A stretch of 34,865 nucleotides of DNA from Octopus bimaculoides (taxonomy: Eukaryota). The notes beneath the pieces were generated by a model. The model ran no database searches and was not told where the DNA came from. It worked only from the letters and a program-made list of their open reading frames with translations. Below are positions 11,341 through 23,463 of the stretch, one piece after another. Each line of letters starts with the position of its first letter. Position 1 is the first letter of the stretch. A program made the position numbers and the translations under genes. The stretch covers positions 45,094,636 to 45,129,500 of the forward strand of contig NC_068991.1 of NCBI RefSeq assembly GCF_001194135.2, in the 5' to 3' direction.

Positions 11341-11677
11341 TATATTTTGAGCTCAATTCCTGTCGTTTTCTTGTCACAGTAACATGTTCCACTCATCTGG
11401 TTGACTTTGGTGATAAAACCACCGGCATATTGTTGATATTGTTGTTGTTAAAACTTTGATGATTCCTACGCAGGCAAACTTTAATCAAAGACATTCATAG
11501 TTGCGACTGTTCATCAGTCCACTTTTTTTATCGAGTTGCGTCTTCATTTCTAAACCGGTAGGGTATGGTTTAAAGAGATTTGCCTTGGCAGATCAAGCGG
11601 TCATACTGATCAGGGGTGGTGGCAACGAGAAAAGTTCGTGAGGCGATTTTACACAGAACATACGATGGTAATATATG

Positions 11678-11887
11678 TTTTAAAGTTTTTTGAGATAAGG
11701 CCAGCAATTATTGGGGAAAGGCGTAATCGAAATAATCGATTCCGGCAGTTGTCTGGTACTCTATTTTATCAATTGCGAAAGGATGAAAAACTAACTGTCC
11801 TCGGTGGCATCTGAACACAGAAAGGTAAGAGCTAGAACAAATGCACTTTTTCCGGTGCTGTAACAATTCAACCGGTTCACCGCCTTA
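11678..11887 (-). mobile_element. SINE family A copy (diverged)
   Basis: Family A body and head (CCGGTTCACCGCCTTA on the plus strand). Confidence 0.75.
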
Positions 11888-11945
11888 ATGAAGTTAATAA
11901 TAAAACATAAAACAATAAATTAAGTTGTTGTTTATGTCATAATCT

Positions 11946-12155
11946 TTTCTACTCCAGGCACAAGGCCCGAAATTTGGGGAGAGGGAGCCAGTCGATTAGA
12001 TCGACTCCAGTAGGCAACTGGTGCTTAATTTATCGGCCCCGAAAGGATGAAAGGCAAAGTCGACCTCGGCGGAATTTGAACTCAGAACGTAAAGACAGAC
12101 GAAATAGCGCTAAGGATTTCGCCTGGCGTGCTAACGTTTCTGCCAGCTCACCGCT
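11946..12155 (-). mobile_element. SINE family A copy, well conserved, with a third tail variant
   Basis: CCCCGAAAGGATGAAAGGCAAAGTCGACCTCGGCGGAATTTGAACTCAGAACGTAAAGACAGACGAAATAGCGCTAAG...TGCCAGCTCACCGC; tail CAGGCACAAGGCCCGAAATTTGGGGGAG. Confidence 0.92.
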
Positions 12156-12189
12156 TTTGTCTCCTGAGAGACAAAACGGTCAGTGGGGT

Positions 12190-13704
12190 GCATGACTGCG
12201 TTTGACTTTCGAAATTTCTGTAACACTTGATGACAGGAATGACAAAATTTGCCAAAAAGCCACCAGCAATTTGCATTCCTAATCTGCATTTCGTGTATTT
12301 CATTTTTGAATATATTTGCTCACACTTATAAGTGTTGCTGAACAGAGATACCATATGTTTTGCATGATCTGTCAGGTTCTAGATTATACTGGTTGTAGAA
12401 TGTAGTTGCGATACCTTCCATGTGACACTAAGTTCTATCGAAAATTTTCTCGTACAGTATCCACTTCCATATCATGTATTAAATAATCTTAAGTTACTTG
12501 TTGATGAAATAATATCAGCAAAACGGTGAGTTGGAGAGGTTTTTTCTTAAATCCGGTGTCATAACACAAATATAGTTTTGTTCACAGCAGGTTTGGTCTG
12601 CCGGCCTGAAAGTAAATAAACATAGTTAGATTTCTCGCTTTTCCAGTTATTTAGTTTCGGAAGCAGATGTGTTTTTACATGTCATGTAACAGGTAAGTGT
12701 TTTTTCTCCACAGAAGCTGCTTAAATGAGTTGTTAATTTCATTACAAATTCCAGGATCCAAAGCCATTAGGGAGCACGAAATTCTGTTGCACTGATGGTT
12801 TTATTTTTCAGGAGTAAGTGAAGCTATTTCTTCCTTCAAACGTTGTCGAAATTGACTTTGGTTCAATTTTCAAGACAACACGTTTATTAATTTTATAATT
12901 ATCTCGGTCATGTCCTTCAAATTTGATATCTTAGCACACACTACTTCCCGATAAATGTTGTTTTAAATTCCGAGGCCTTCCATGTGTCTTTGAAGCAGAT
13001 CCATAACACCTTTATTTTATCTACCCATTACCAGTGCCCTGTTAATTGTCACGGATATAAACGTTGATAGCTGATAGGCCCAGATTTACGGTTATAGTAC
13101 ACTAATGTAATGCTTTAAGACTATCTCCTATGGTTGAACCCTTGATAGGTAGCAGTTAAAAGAATCCTTCAACAATGTCAACAACATTTGCATTAACTCC
13201 ACGTACAAACACTGCAAGGCGAGCTGTATCTGTGATATTTGTACTCTCATCAAACGCTTTTGAGAACTGGAAATTTTTGTAATAGTTTTCTAAGCAAATT
13301 TTCAGATCCGCTGACATTTCTTATTTGTCGTGTTACTGAACTTGCAAAAAGATTGACATTTGAAAATAAAGTTTTATTTTTTTTCTCTCTCGATGCATAC
13401 AATGTCTCCAATGACCATCAAATACTTTTTCACAAAATCTCCGTCAGTGAGAGGCTTCATGTTTTTTATCAGCCTCAGCACTGCGTTGCTGACTTGTATG
13501 ATATTTTCTGATTGTTTTGACTTTAGAATACTGAATTTGTTTTCTAAGATCAGGTTAAATTTAAGAATTTCATCGTTGCTTGCATGCGCACTAAATTCAC
13601 TGAAACTTTATCGTGGTTTTATTACCCACAACATTCCCTGAAGCTTAACCATACTTGCTTATCCCCTAAATTCACTTAAACTCCATGCTTCTTTTTTTGC
13701 CCAT
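12190..13704 (-). pseudogene. hAT-superfamily transposase fossil of the Charlie/SPIN (GTF2IRD2/EPM2AIP1-like) type
   Basis: Minus-strand pieces across frameshifts: MGKKR...; MKPLTDGDFVKKYL..IVC; SVTRQI..MSADL; FSKAFDESTNITDTARLAVFVRGV (catalytic DESTD motif); GSTIG; VCAK..L..M..I.K.IN..; LNQSQF; HAKHMVSLFSNTYKCEQIYSKMK (C-terminal dimerisation motif). Multiple stops and deletions. Confidence 0.9.
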
Positions 13705-14364
13705 TAAAATCTGTAAAACTTCAATGTTTATTTTGTGACCACAAAATTCACCGAATATTATTTGATTTGTCTCATGGTTCTTTTTTGAATTCCTTACTAA
13801 CAGCAACATTTCTATACCATATTAAGAATACATTATGCTGAAGTGTTGAATAAAACATGCAATTTTATATCCATGTATCTCTGAAAGCTTACCACTTAGC
13901 GACAACCTCCCTGCATTTTGCTGGCATTGAGGTTTGATGAAATAAAGAAATCCTGAAATTAAAAGAACTGTAATATTTTTCTTTGGCTTGTAAGTGTAAG
14001 TTTGGCATTTTTCAGATATTAATCGTCATTGAATGAGCTTTTGTACGCTGATGACATACAATAACAAAGAAACATGTCAGACGTTGTCCCTATGACTACC
14101 AAAGGCCGGATTCACTCCAGTCCCTCATGCATATCTCAATTCAGTTTTCGATTGATTAAAATTTCAGTTGTTCTTTACCGTGCCAATTCTGAGAATTTTC
14201 ATAAAGGCCAATTACAAATAGCTGAGGTAATCGTGGTAAATTATTCAGCACTTGAATTGAACGACACTTGGCTTATACGTACCAAATATGTGTCTCATTT
14301 CATAAGACAATACATTCGTAACTCATAAGATACATTTTAACAAGTCTTAGCCATATATATATAA

Positions 14365-14432
<68 letters not shown>

Positions 14433-14628
14433 NNNNNNNNNNNNNNNNNNNNNNNNNNNNNNNNNNNNNNNNNNNNNNNNNNNNNNNNNNNNNNNNNNNN
14501 NNNNNNNNNNNNNNNNNNNNNNNNNNNNNNNNNNNNNNNNNNNNNNNNNNNNNNNNNNNNNNNNNNNNNNNNNNNNNNNNNNNNNNNNNNNNNNNNNNNN
14601 NNNNNNNNNNNNNNNNNNNNNNNNNNNN
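14433..14628. other. Assembly gap flanked by (GT)n on the left and (AC)n on the right
   Basis: Run of N. Confidence 1.
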
Positions 14629-14705
<77 letters not shown>

Positions 14706-15179
14706 ACGCACAGTGCACACACGCACACACACACAAACGAATACAGATACGCACGCATTACAAGCATAACATAGGCGCACGCGGGTGTGAACACGCACAC
14801 ACGCACTCACACACATATGTAATACAGATAGAGAAATAAAAATTATACAAATAACACATGTTAGATTATGAAGCAAACAGAAAACAAGCAAATAATACAC
14901 GGAGACAGACAAGTGAAAGCAGAAACAAAAGTCAAAGAAGTGTACCACAAAAATAGATAGACTGAAGGAATAAACTGATGAGGGTCTAACGTTTCGGATA
15001 ATAACCTTTATCAAAAATAAAGTTTAAAGATATACAAGAGAATTACATGGTAGGTCTGAGATCTGATGTATATGTGTGTAACTGTACGTTACACCAAAAT
15101 ATTTTCTTCCATACTTTGGAAAGACTCTTCTATAGATGATCTGGTGCTTATTCGTACACGAGTTCGTTTACACACACGC

Positions 15180-15220
15180 ACCCACGCACCCACACACAAT
15201 ATGCATACATACGCATATAC

Positions 15221-15266
<46 letters not shown>

Positions 15267-15470
15267 AACCTCTAACATTTTCATTTGCATAATAATAGTA
15301 TCGAGATCTGTATCTATGAATATGTATATGCATAGGTTCTTGGATGTTTCTGTATATCTGTATTTATTCATATATACAATTAAACACACACATGCATGCA
15401 TTAACTCAAATATGCATACATACATACATACATAAATGCACATATACATACATAAATGCACATATACATA
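15180..15470. repeat. (CA)/(TA)/(TACA) microsatellite-rich tract
   Basis: Direct reading. Confidence 0.85.
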
Positions 15471-15654
15471 CGAGGGGTACTCAAAAGAAACCAGAATTTT
15501 GCAATATTACAATATATATTCGTAGTTAGACAAAGAGGGATTCGTTTCATTGTTTCTCTGTATTCTAAAGAATAGCAGTAAAAACAAAAACAGTGAGCCA
15601 ATAGTTTATTCATCAAACTATCTGGCAAACTAAATGCATTATAATACGCAAAGC

Positions 15655-15726
15655 ATATGCAGTGGAATCGAAACAGGAACCTTGTGGTTGCGAAGCGAAC
15701 TCCTTAATCACACAGCCATGCCTGCA
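15655..15726 (-). mobile_element. tRNA-derived SINE 5' head fragment
   Basis: Minus strand GCAGGCATGGCTGTGTGATTAAGGAGTTCGCTTCGCAACCACAAGGTTCCTGTTTCGATTCCACTG, with A/B-box-like spacing. Confidence 0.65.
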
Positions 15727-16312
15727 CTTATAATAACGTTCTCCTTACATTCTGCATTCATTGCCTGCCAAAATTCGTTTCAGTTCGTCATCATTTTCAG
15801 TACTGATAAAATAAATACCAGTTGAATACTAAGGCTCGATATAATCGAGTGTACTCACCCCATCAAACATTTTGTGGCGGTTTGCTTGTGCCATAAATCA
15901 TTATTATTGGTTATTTACCGAAGCAGACAGGTCGCGCTAAGCTTGTTTAAGTTTAGTTTCAGTGCTCCATTGTGCTTGAAAATTATATTGAACTCGTAAG
16001 AAAGAATAATCTTTGCTAGAATATCTCTCGTCGGCGTAAAGATAATTTGAGTATTAATTGTTGTTTGGCGATAACACAGATATTATATTTCAAATGATAT
16101 CGAGGGAAGACGAAAATGAGGAGGCGAAAGAGGAGGCGAAAGAGGATAGGGAAGAGGAGAGTGCAGTGAACGTAACTACTCCCACACACCAGCTGAATAT
16201 TCTTGTTGCACAGCTTCAGATCAAACTTTACTGAGCAGATCTATGATGAGAGACGCCAAAGTTTTGACCGTTCAGTCTTTTTCTTTTTCCGGCAATATAC
16301 ATCTGGGATGGT

Positions 16313-16699
16313 GGAGGCGCAATGGCCCGGTGGTTAGGGCAGCCGACTCGAGGTCATAGGATCGCGGTTTCGATTTCCCAGACCGGACGTTGTGAGTGTT
16401 TATTGAGCGAAAACACCTAAAGCTCCACGAGGCTCCCGCAGGGGATGGTGGCGAACCCTACTGTACTCTTTCACCACAACTTTCTCTCACTCTTACTTCC
16501 TGTTTCTGTTGTGCCTGTAATTCAAAGGGTCAGCCTTGTGAAACTGTGTCACGCTGAATATCCCCGAGAACTACGTTAAGGGTACACGTGTCTGTGGAGT
16601 GCTCAGCTACTTACACGTTAATTTCACGAGCAGGCTGTTCCGTTGATCGGATCGACTGGAACCCTCGACGTCGTAAGCGACGGAGTGCCAAAAACAACA
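16313..16699 (+). mobile_element. Full-length tRNA-derived SINE (family B) with (CAA)n tail and 14-bp TSD
   Basis: Head GGCGCAATGGCCCGGTGGTTAGGGC...GGTTTCGATTTCCC; TSD ACATCTGGGATGGT at 16299-16312 and 16700-16713; second copy at 31020. Confidence 0.95.
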
Positions 16700-17399
16700 A
16701 CATCTGGGATGGTTTTATCTGAGAGAAATTTGGCTTCCACTTTCTTGTCGGCTGTACCCATCATGTGGGGATTTCCTCGCTAACTCGAGCAGTTTCGGTT
16801 TTACCCAAGTTTCATAAATGAAAAGTAGGTTGACGAGAACTGTGCTGGGGACTAGTCTGTCATACCTTGTGTGACATGTATTGAACCCAAACGTGATATT
16901 AAGGATATGAATATCTGTGGCATACTCCTCGGCCATTTACGTCCTGTTGCTTCAGAGATAAAAGTATAATGGTTATAATAATGTACAGAACTAGAACAAA
17001 ACGAACAACACTAAAACTAAAGTTACCAGTAATAAAAAAAAAGCGTTACAAAACCAAAGGATCCTGTACGCGACTGTTGATCCTTTAGAAATAGCAGCCA
17101 TAGTCTTTTAAATTAAACAAAACTTTCTTATAAATAAGGACGCTAAATTATGTTGCCCTCGATTTAATATCCGAAATCTAGTTAGGATTCTCCGTTGAAA
17201 CCCCCCGATCATGGATTTGATTGGTAAAGGTTGACCTAGAGCTAAAAACAAACACACTGTAATATAGTAGACTACTGTGTATTGTGCACCGTATTTCAAT
17301 CGGCCATATGGTGTACTATGTGACTCCGAGATGTTCCTCCTGCATCTGCGCTATAAGGATCACCAACATCAGCATAATGTTTAGACTATTTACTGGTAG

Positions 17400-17522
17400 T
17401 GTATCTGTCTGTCTGTCTGTCTGTCTGTCTATTTATAAATCTATCTATCTATCCATTTATCTATCTGTCTGCCTGTCTGTCTGTATATGCACGCGCGCGC
17501 GCACACATACACACACACACAC
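17400..17522. repeat. (TCTG)/(TCTA)/(CA) microsatellite
   Basis: Direct reading. Confidence 0.9.
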
Positions 17523-17844
17523 TGTGGAAACCAGCTGTTACATAACCTAGAAGGCATCTTCGTACGACTAGATAGGTTTTGATCAGCTTAGTTCAAAGTG
17601 TAGCTGAATTGGGGTTATTAGAAAAATACGTAGGTCAGTAATCCATAAGGTACAGATGGTCACCCTGCATGGTGCAATAAAGTATCTGCAAAACCATTTT
17701 TGAAGATGTAAAGGATGACCAAAAAATCCCCAAATTGTTTTAACATTTATAAAGGCTCTCATTTTCTTATTTATTTTTCTACATTACTCAGTGGCAATGT
17801 TGATTAATAACAATAACTGCAAAAAATCCAATCAGACAGAGAAC

Positions 17845-17849
17845 ACACA

Positions 17850-17886
<37 letters not shown>

Positions 17887-18005
17887 GCACGCACGCACGC
17901 ACACACACACACACATACACACACACGCGCACACACGCACGCACACACACACAAACACACATACATACATACGTACGTACGTACTTGCTTGCTCGCTCGC
18001 ACACA
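17845..18005. repeat. (CA)/(CG)/(TACA) compound microsatellite
   Basis: Direct reading. Confidence 0.93.
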
Positions 18006-18406
18006 TTACAACTGTGCAATTATTGCTAAAAACATATATTTCGTGATAAATCAATAAAAAATCCTTCTCAGACTTCCACAAAACTCAAAGGGATAAACTT
18101 CCAAGCAAATAAATAATGAAATAACGATATCCCGAGTGCCTTCTACACCGGAAGCTGCAGATTTTCTGTATCATCAGTATTGCAAATGGCGGAAATTAGC
18201 CTGTGACATATCCCTCATTCTGTCAGAGTCACGACAGCTATACTGTTTCGCTAATACATGCATGCACTCACACACCTACACTCTTGCGAATACACATATG
18301 ATATAGTTTATATATATGTGTAGATGTTTAGATACGAATAAATCTGTCTCCTTCCCTTTCTCTCTCTCTCTCTCTCTCTCTCGCCTTCTGTCTCACACAC
18401 ACACAC

Positions 18407-18470
18407 TTTCTCTTACTCTGCCTTTACTCTGCCTTTACTTTCTCTTACTCTGCCTTTACTCTGCCTTTAC
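18407..18470. repeat. Exact 32-bp tandem duplication built from 12-mers (TACTCTGCCTTT)
   Basis: TTTCTCTTACTCTGCCTTTACTCTGCCTTTAC occurs twice. Confidence 0.95.
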
Positions 18471-19390
18471 TCATGCACGCGTGCAAAAATACATACATAT
18501 GGTCTATTATGTATGTAGATGTTTATATGCCTATAGATCTGTCTGTGTTTTTCTCTCTGTTCACACACATACACACACTCATACACCCGCGCGCACACAC
18601 ACACACACACACGCACTATAAACTAATGGACACCGAGATCCAGGATTGTGAACTGATAGATGAATCTGGGTGGGGTTTTTTTCGTGCTTCTGCGCAAAAC
18701 ATTAAAATTTACTTGTCTATGGCATCATGCCAAAACAGAAAAATAATGCTAGCACACAAATGCACACACATTCACACACATACACACACATACAATTACA
18801 CACAAGCACAAAAACACAAACACACACACACATGTTGTGCATGTTCGTATAATTTACGCGTGTTACAACATATTGTTTTGTTGTTGCATTGAAAATCTGT
18901 TCTAGTCTTGCAAATTAATCATAGCATATATAGTGAAGGATTTATATTAACAAATCTTTCAGTAAATAGAAGTTGATATCGGTTTCAACATGATTTGAAT
19001 TCGGAAACCATAGGAACGAAGATGAAAAGCTGAATGTTATATCATTCCACGTTTGGCATTCTACCATCTGTACTTTGACATCACGTGTACTGTTTTATTT
19101 GTAGTATAAGTAGGATGGTTGAGTGACACGATGGTAGAATACTGGTTTAAATGCTTAATATATTTAGTCTAATATATTTAGTTTATTTGATATATTTAGT
19201 TTCCTAATTTCAAAACATGGTTTCCATCCAATTCGAGAGGACGTTAAAATATGTTCCAAGTGACAGTCGAGTTAAAGTATAATATTCCAACAGATGTACT
19301 TCATAGAAGCTCTTGGTTATCTAATTCTTTTCATTAAAGAAATCAATCACGGACTTGACATTAACTGTTGCTGAAAAATTCATACCTCAC

Positions 19391-19544
19391 CTGACTTCTT
19401 TTGCCCCGTCCTAGTCTCAAAACCTTCGACAGGTTCCCTCCCTTCCCGTGTATTTCTTGCAGTCATCAAATTTCTGCAGCTTAACTAGAATATGAACCGT
19501 GTCAGCCTCAGCCGTCTCAGCCTCAGCCGTCTCAGCCAAGGGGT
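19391..19544 (-). other. Candidate host-gene exon (unverified)
   Basis: Non-repetitive and locally GC-richer; acceptor TACCTTTGCAG|A and donor CAG|GTGAG; ATG at 19466 is open to the donor (MTARNTREGREPVEGFETRTGQKKS, phase 1). Confidence 0.3.
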
Positions 19545-20009
19545 CTGCAAAGGTACTGTACGCAAATCCTTCTTTCAAACTAATCATTAAAAACGAAGCG
19601 TAAACGTGCAGTACAGTAGCCTCCAATAACTGATTCACCAACCACAAACAAGGACATAGTATTCAAAACACAGAAATACAAGCAGTAGGCATGTGAGAAA
19701 ATGATTTTACACAGGCAGAAATCACATTATTTTCAATTCAATTAAATGACAAAGAATCAGTGATTTACTGGGTGATTGAGTCAACTTTTCTCACCTAGAA
19801 ATCAATGGCCTTTAATCAATAATGAGATCTGTTAGTTTGCTTTAAAGGGCTTGGCCAAGGTAGGAAGGGTATTGTCCTGACGTTTTCCAGGACTCTATAG
19901 ATGTTAGGAGAAAGGCAGAAAGTTATTCTCTGAATAGAAATCTGAGTAGAATACTTAAAACAAAAATAGCTTAATCTGTGCGGTAGAGTCGAAATAAATC
20001 CTCTCTTAG

Positions 20010-20155
20010 TTCTGGGTTAAATCCTACTAGAATCGACTTTACCTTTTATATCCACTGGGGATGATAAAATTAGTACGAGACATGCACTGGTGTCGATTCC
20101 ATAGAATATAAACTACATCGATAAGCTTGTGGCCTCGAGCCAATGTAGGAAATCA
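20010..20155 (+). mobile_element. SINE family A fragment (opposite orientation, diverged)
   Basis: GTTAAATCCTACTAGAATCGACTTTACCTTTTATATCC...GATAAAATTAGTAC...CACTGGTGTCGAT. Confidence 0.6.
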
Positions 20156-20855
20156 TTGTGAATATACACATTGGGCAACAAAGTTTCTTCAGTGCTGACG
20201 ATTTGGCAGCAATAATTTTTCGGCTTCTTGCCAATCAACATCAGCATCTTGTAGAGCTTCTCGGAATATCTTACGTTAGGTTTTTGTAAGCCTTCCTCAT
20301 ATTCTGTAAATCTCCATTATTTGGAGAAACTACCGCATTGCGATCCCGAAGTATCAAGGATTTGGTTAACGCAGAGTTTAAGCTGTTAGTTATAGTCAGT
20401 AACACTGTAACGATAGACTGTGATACTGTATCGATATATTGACATCTACGTGATCAGGCTTTCTATAGAAATGTGATCGGGATAAGTACAATCTGCATTA
20501 AATCATCGATAAATAACAAGATCTAATTTCCACGAACCTCAGATAGTAATCCTCCATGTTTCATAAACGTAGATTTTAGTGAATAAAACGATAGTTTTTC
20601 ACAGGCGTCAACAGAATACAGGTAATTATTAGATGTTGTTGATGCTGTTTAGCCTTAGTTCAGGGATGATTGAACAGTCCTCAGATCAAAAGATCACTAG
20701 CCATAGCCATGCCTATCTTTCTCTCGAGTACTGCATAAATAGGACCACACTAGTTTTCCCTTTATAAGACAGTAGGATGTCATTGAAGCAGATTTAGCTA
20801 CTATTTGTACCAGGATGAAGCTTGCTTATTGTTATTGAAGGTGTTGTTAAGCATC

Positions 20856-21131
20856 AAGTCAGCGTTAGCAAGATCGTTAGAACGTAGGTAGAAATACTGT
20901 GAAATATTTCTTCCGGTTCTTTACGCTCTCAATTCAAATCTCGCTGAGAAGAACTTTGACTTTCATTCCTCCGAGGTCAATAAAATAAACTGCCAGTCAA
21001 GTACTGGCATCGATGATAGTGACTGAACTCATACTTCAAAATTGCTGACCTTGTGCCTAAATTAGAAATAGTTGATGACTTTTAGATAACTTTTCCCCTC
21101 AAAATTGCCGTCCTTGTGCCTAAATCAGAAA
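20856..21131 (+). mobile_element. SINE family A copy with a duplicated 3' tail
   Basis: Head to tail ending TTCAAAATTGCTGACCTTGTGCCTAAATTAGAAA (about 21068), then a second tail CCCCTCAAAATTGCCGTCCTTGTGCCTAAATCAGAAA (21095-21131) followed by (TAA)n. Confidence 0.8.
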
Positions 21132-21141
21132 ACACTATACA

Positions 21142-21168
21142 ACAATAATAATAATAGCAATAATGATG

Positions 21169-21247
<79 letters not shown>

Positions 21248-21256
21248 TAATAATAA
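21142..21256. repeat. (TAA)n microsatellite
   Basis: Direct reading. Confidence 0.98.
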
Positions 21257-21928
21257 GTAACTGCAGAATATGTAACGATGGACAAGAAACAAAAAACCAT
21301 ATTATCTCTGGCTACCCAGTCCTGGGTAAGAAGGAATATATTCACAGACACGACAAAGCTGGGACTTACATACACTGGAAGCTATGCCAACACTATGGAA
21401 TGACAACCGAAAAAAGATGGTATAAACACACGCCAGAAAAGGTCACAGAAAACGAGAAAGCAACCATACTCTGGGATATGCCAATACACACAGATAGAGA
21501 AACTAAGGCTAATAGGCCGGATATAGTTGTCAGAGATCATGAAGAAAAAAATGCTTTCTAATTGATTTATCAATACCAGCAGATAACAATGTTTCTCTAA
21601 AAGAAATGGATAAACTTTCAAAATACAAAGACCTGGAAATAGAGGTAACTCGAATGTGGAATCTAAAACAGAAACAATTCTTATTATAATAGGCGCATTA
21701 GGTATGATAAAAAAAATATTCAGACAAATACATAACAAAAACACCAGGACTTACAAATATATATAACATACAGAAAATTGCACTACTGGGCACTGCACAC
21801 ATCCTACGCAAAACACTTTCAAATACAGTAACCATAAGTGCATCACAGCAAACCACAGCACATACCCAAGGCACACAGAGCTGCGTTCGGTAGTGAGTGA
21901 AAGCACGCTATAAAAATAAAACTACTGA
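21257..21928 (+). mobile_element. 5'-truncated R4/Dong-clade retrotransposon (RLE domain plus 3' UTR) embedded in (TAA)n
   Basis: CRICNDGQETKNHIISGYP (decayed CCHC), YIHRHDKAGTYIHW, RWYKHTPE, ILWDMPIHTDR..ANRPDIVV, frameshift, [38 protein letters not shown]; TAA arrays on both sides. Confidence 0.95.
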
Positions 21929-22175
<247 letters not shown>

Positions 22176-22177
22176 TG

Positions 22178-22716
22178 CAGTACCAGGCAGTGGTTCTCAT
22201 GGCTTCTGAAGTTAACTGATTGGAAGTGTTATCATGTACATTGTTTTGCCTTTGTATAAAAGATGGGCTACAGCAAATATTCTGCTCCATATCACATATT
22301 TGCTTGTCAGTTGCTTGAATAAGCCGAGCATGCCCCTTGATGGCTGACAATATGTGCATCTTTGATCACGAGCAGAAGTAGTGGGGAGCATCATAGCCAT
22401 GTGTTGAGAGGAATTCTTCGGGGTTTGAATAATTCACCTCTGGAAACATAGGTGTTTTGTTCATCATCCTTAAACAAACCTTATTCTGAGACCTTTTGAA
22501 CGAGATGGGCTACTCAACCTAAAAAAATTTTTAATTGAGTTCCACCTGCAAGGTCATGTGCTGTTTATCTTGATATGAGATCACCCTGTTGCACACATAT
22601 GGTTGTGATGCATGTGCCTGGTGTACCCTTATCAGGCGGGTAGCTGTGATGTATATATTGTAATTCGCATATTTGTACCCGAGCTTCACTTTGATGGCAT
22701 GCGCTACTCTGTCACA
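22178..22716. mobile_element. Unclassified approx. 540-bp non-coding element between trinucleotide arrays
   Basis: Complex sequence sharply bounded by (TGA/TAA)n on both sides. It resembles an abundant octopus repeat from memory only; there is a single copy in this window. Confidence 0.4.
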
Positions 22717-22775
22717 TATTAATAATAATGACGATGATGATGATAATGCTGATGGTGATGATGATGGTAATGATG

Positions 22776-22806
<31 letters not shown>

Positions 22807-23359
22807 TATTATACAAAAACTATTATATGCTAACTGCACTTCCAGACATATTATCCTGAAATTTGATGATAACAAAACTCCTAAAATCCCCAAAATGTCT
22901 TTTTAGCATTTTCCCCAAAACAGGATGGTATTTTTCTGCTGGATTGGCAATACGTGTCTCAATACCGATATCCTTAAGCCTCTTGGGTAACAGTTTATGT
23001 GTTGTGTCGCGTGTGCCAGTTACCATGGCAACAATTTCTACATTTGTGTTCCACAATCGCCTTTTCATTCTTTTGTATAGCAGATAATTTATTTCACAAT
23101 GGTTTTAGCAAGCTAATAGAATGTTCTCAGTATGCTTGTCAGACGAATGAACGCTATTACGAAAAGTGATGAAGGTTTTTCTAAAAAAGACTGTTATTTT
23201 CGCATTGACTCCGAGTCTCCTCAAGCGCTCTAAAACCATCATTATTGCATGCTTTCTCGTAGTCTATTCAACTAGCTGCTAAGTTTCTTAGTAACATACT
23301 ATCGGTGTACAACAAATGTGCGGTCACCTTTCTCTTCTTTCTGCTTCCCTTTTGCTCTT

Positions 23360-23431
23360 CATATATATGTATTATGTGTGTGCGAGAAAGTGTGTGTATG
23401 TACACACACAGACACAGACACACAGACACAG

Positions 23432-23463
<32 letters not shown>

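Noticed and set aside
16093-16233. 46-codon acidic ORF MISREDENEEAKEEAKED...
   Set aside because: It arises from a purine-rich GAGGAGGCGAAA duplication, with no recognisable homology or convincing splice pair.
16714-16950. Minus-strand ATGRKW-AEEY resembling the TGRKW.A motif of HERO/NeSL-type retroelements
   Set aside because: Only one short motif across a frameshift; the downstream motifs could not be recovered.
19417-19647. 76-aa ORF with AETAE repeats as a standalone gene
   Set aside because: It starts at a non-ATG codon and has no recognisable domain; the region is kept only as an exon candidate.
20180-20620. Possible ancient LINE AP-endonuclease remnant (minus strand SFYSL...LFIDD-NA)
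   Set aside because: Too degenerate to support by eye; it needs a profile search.
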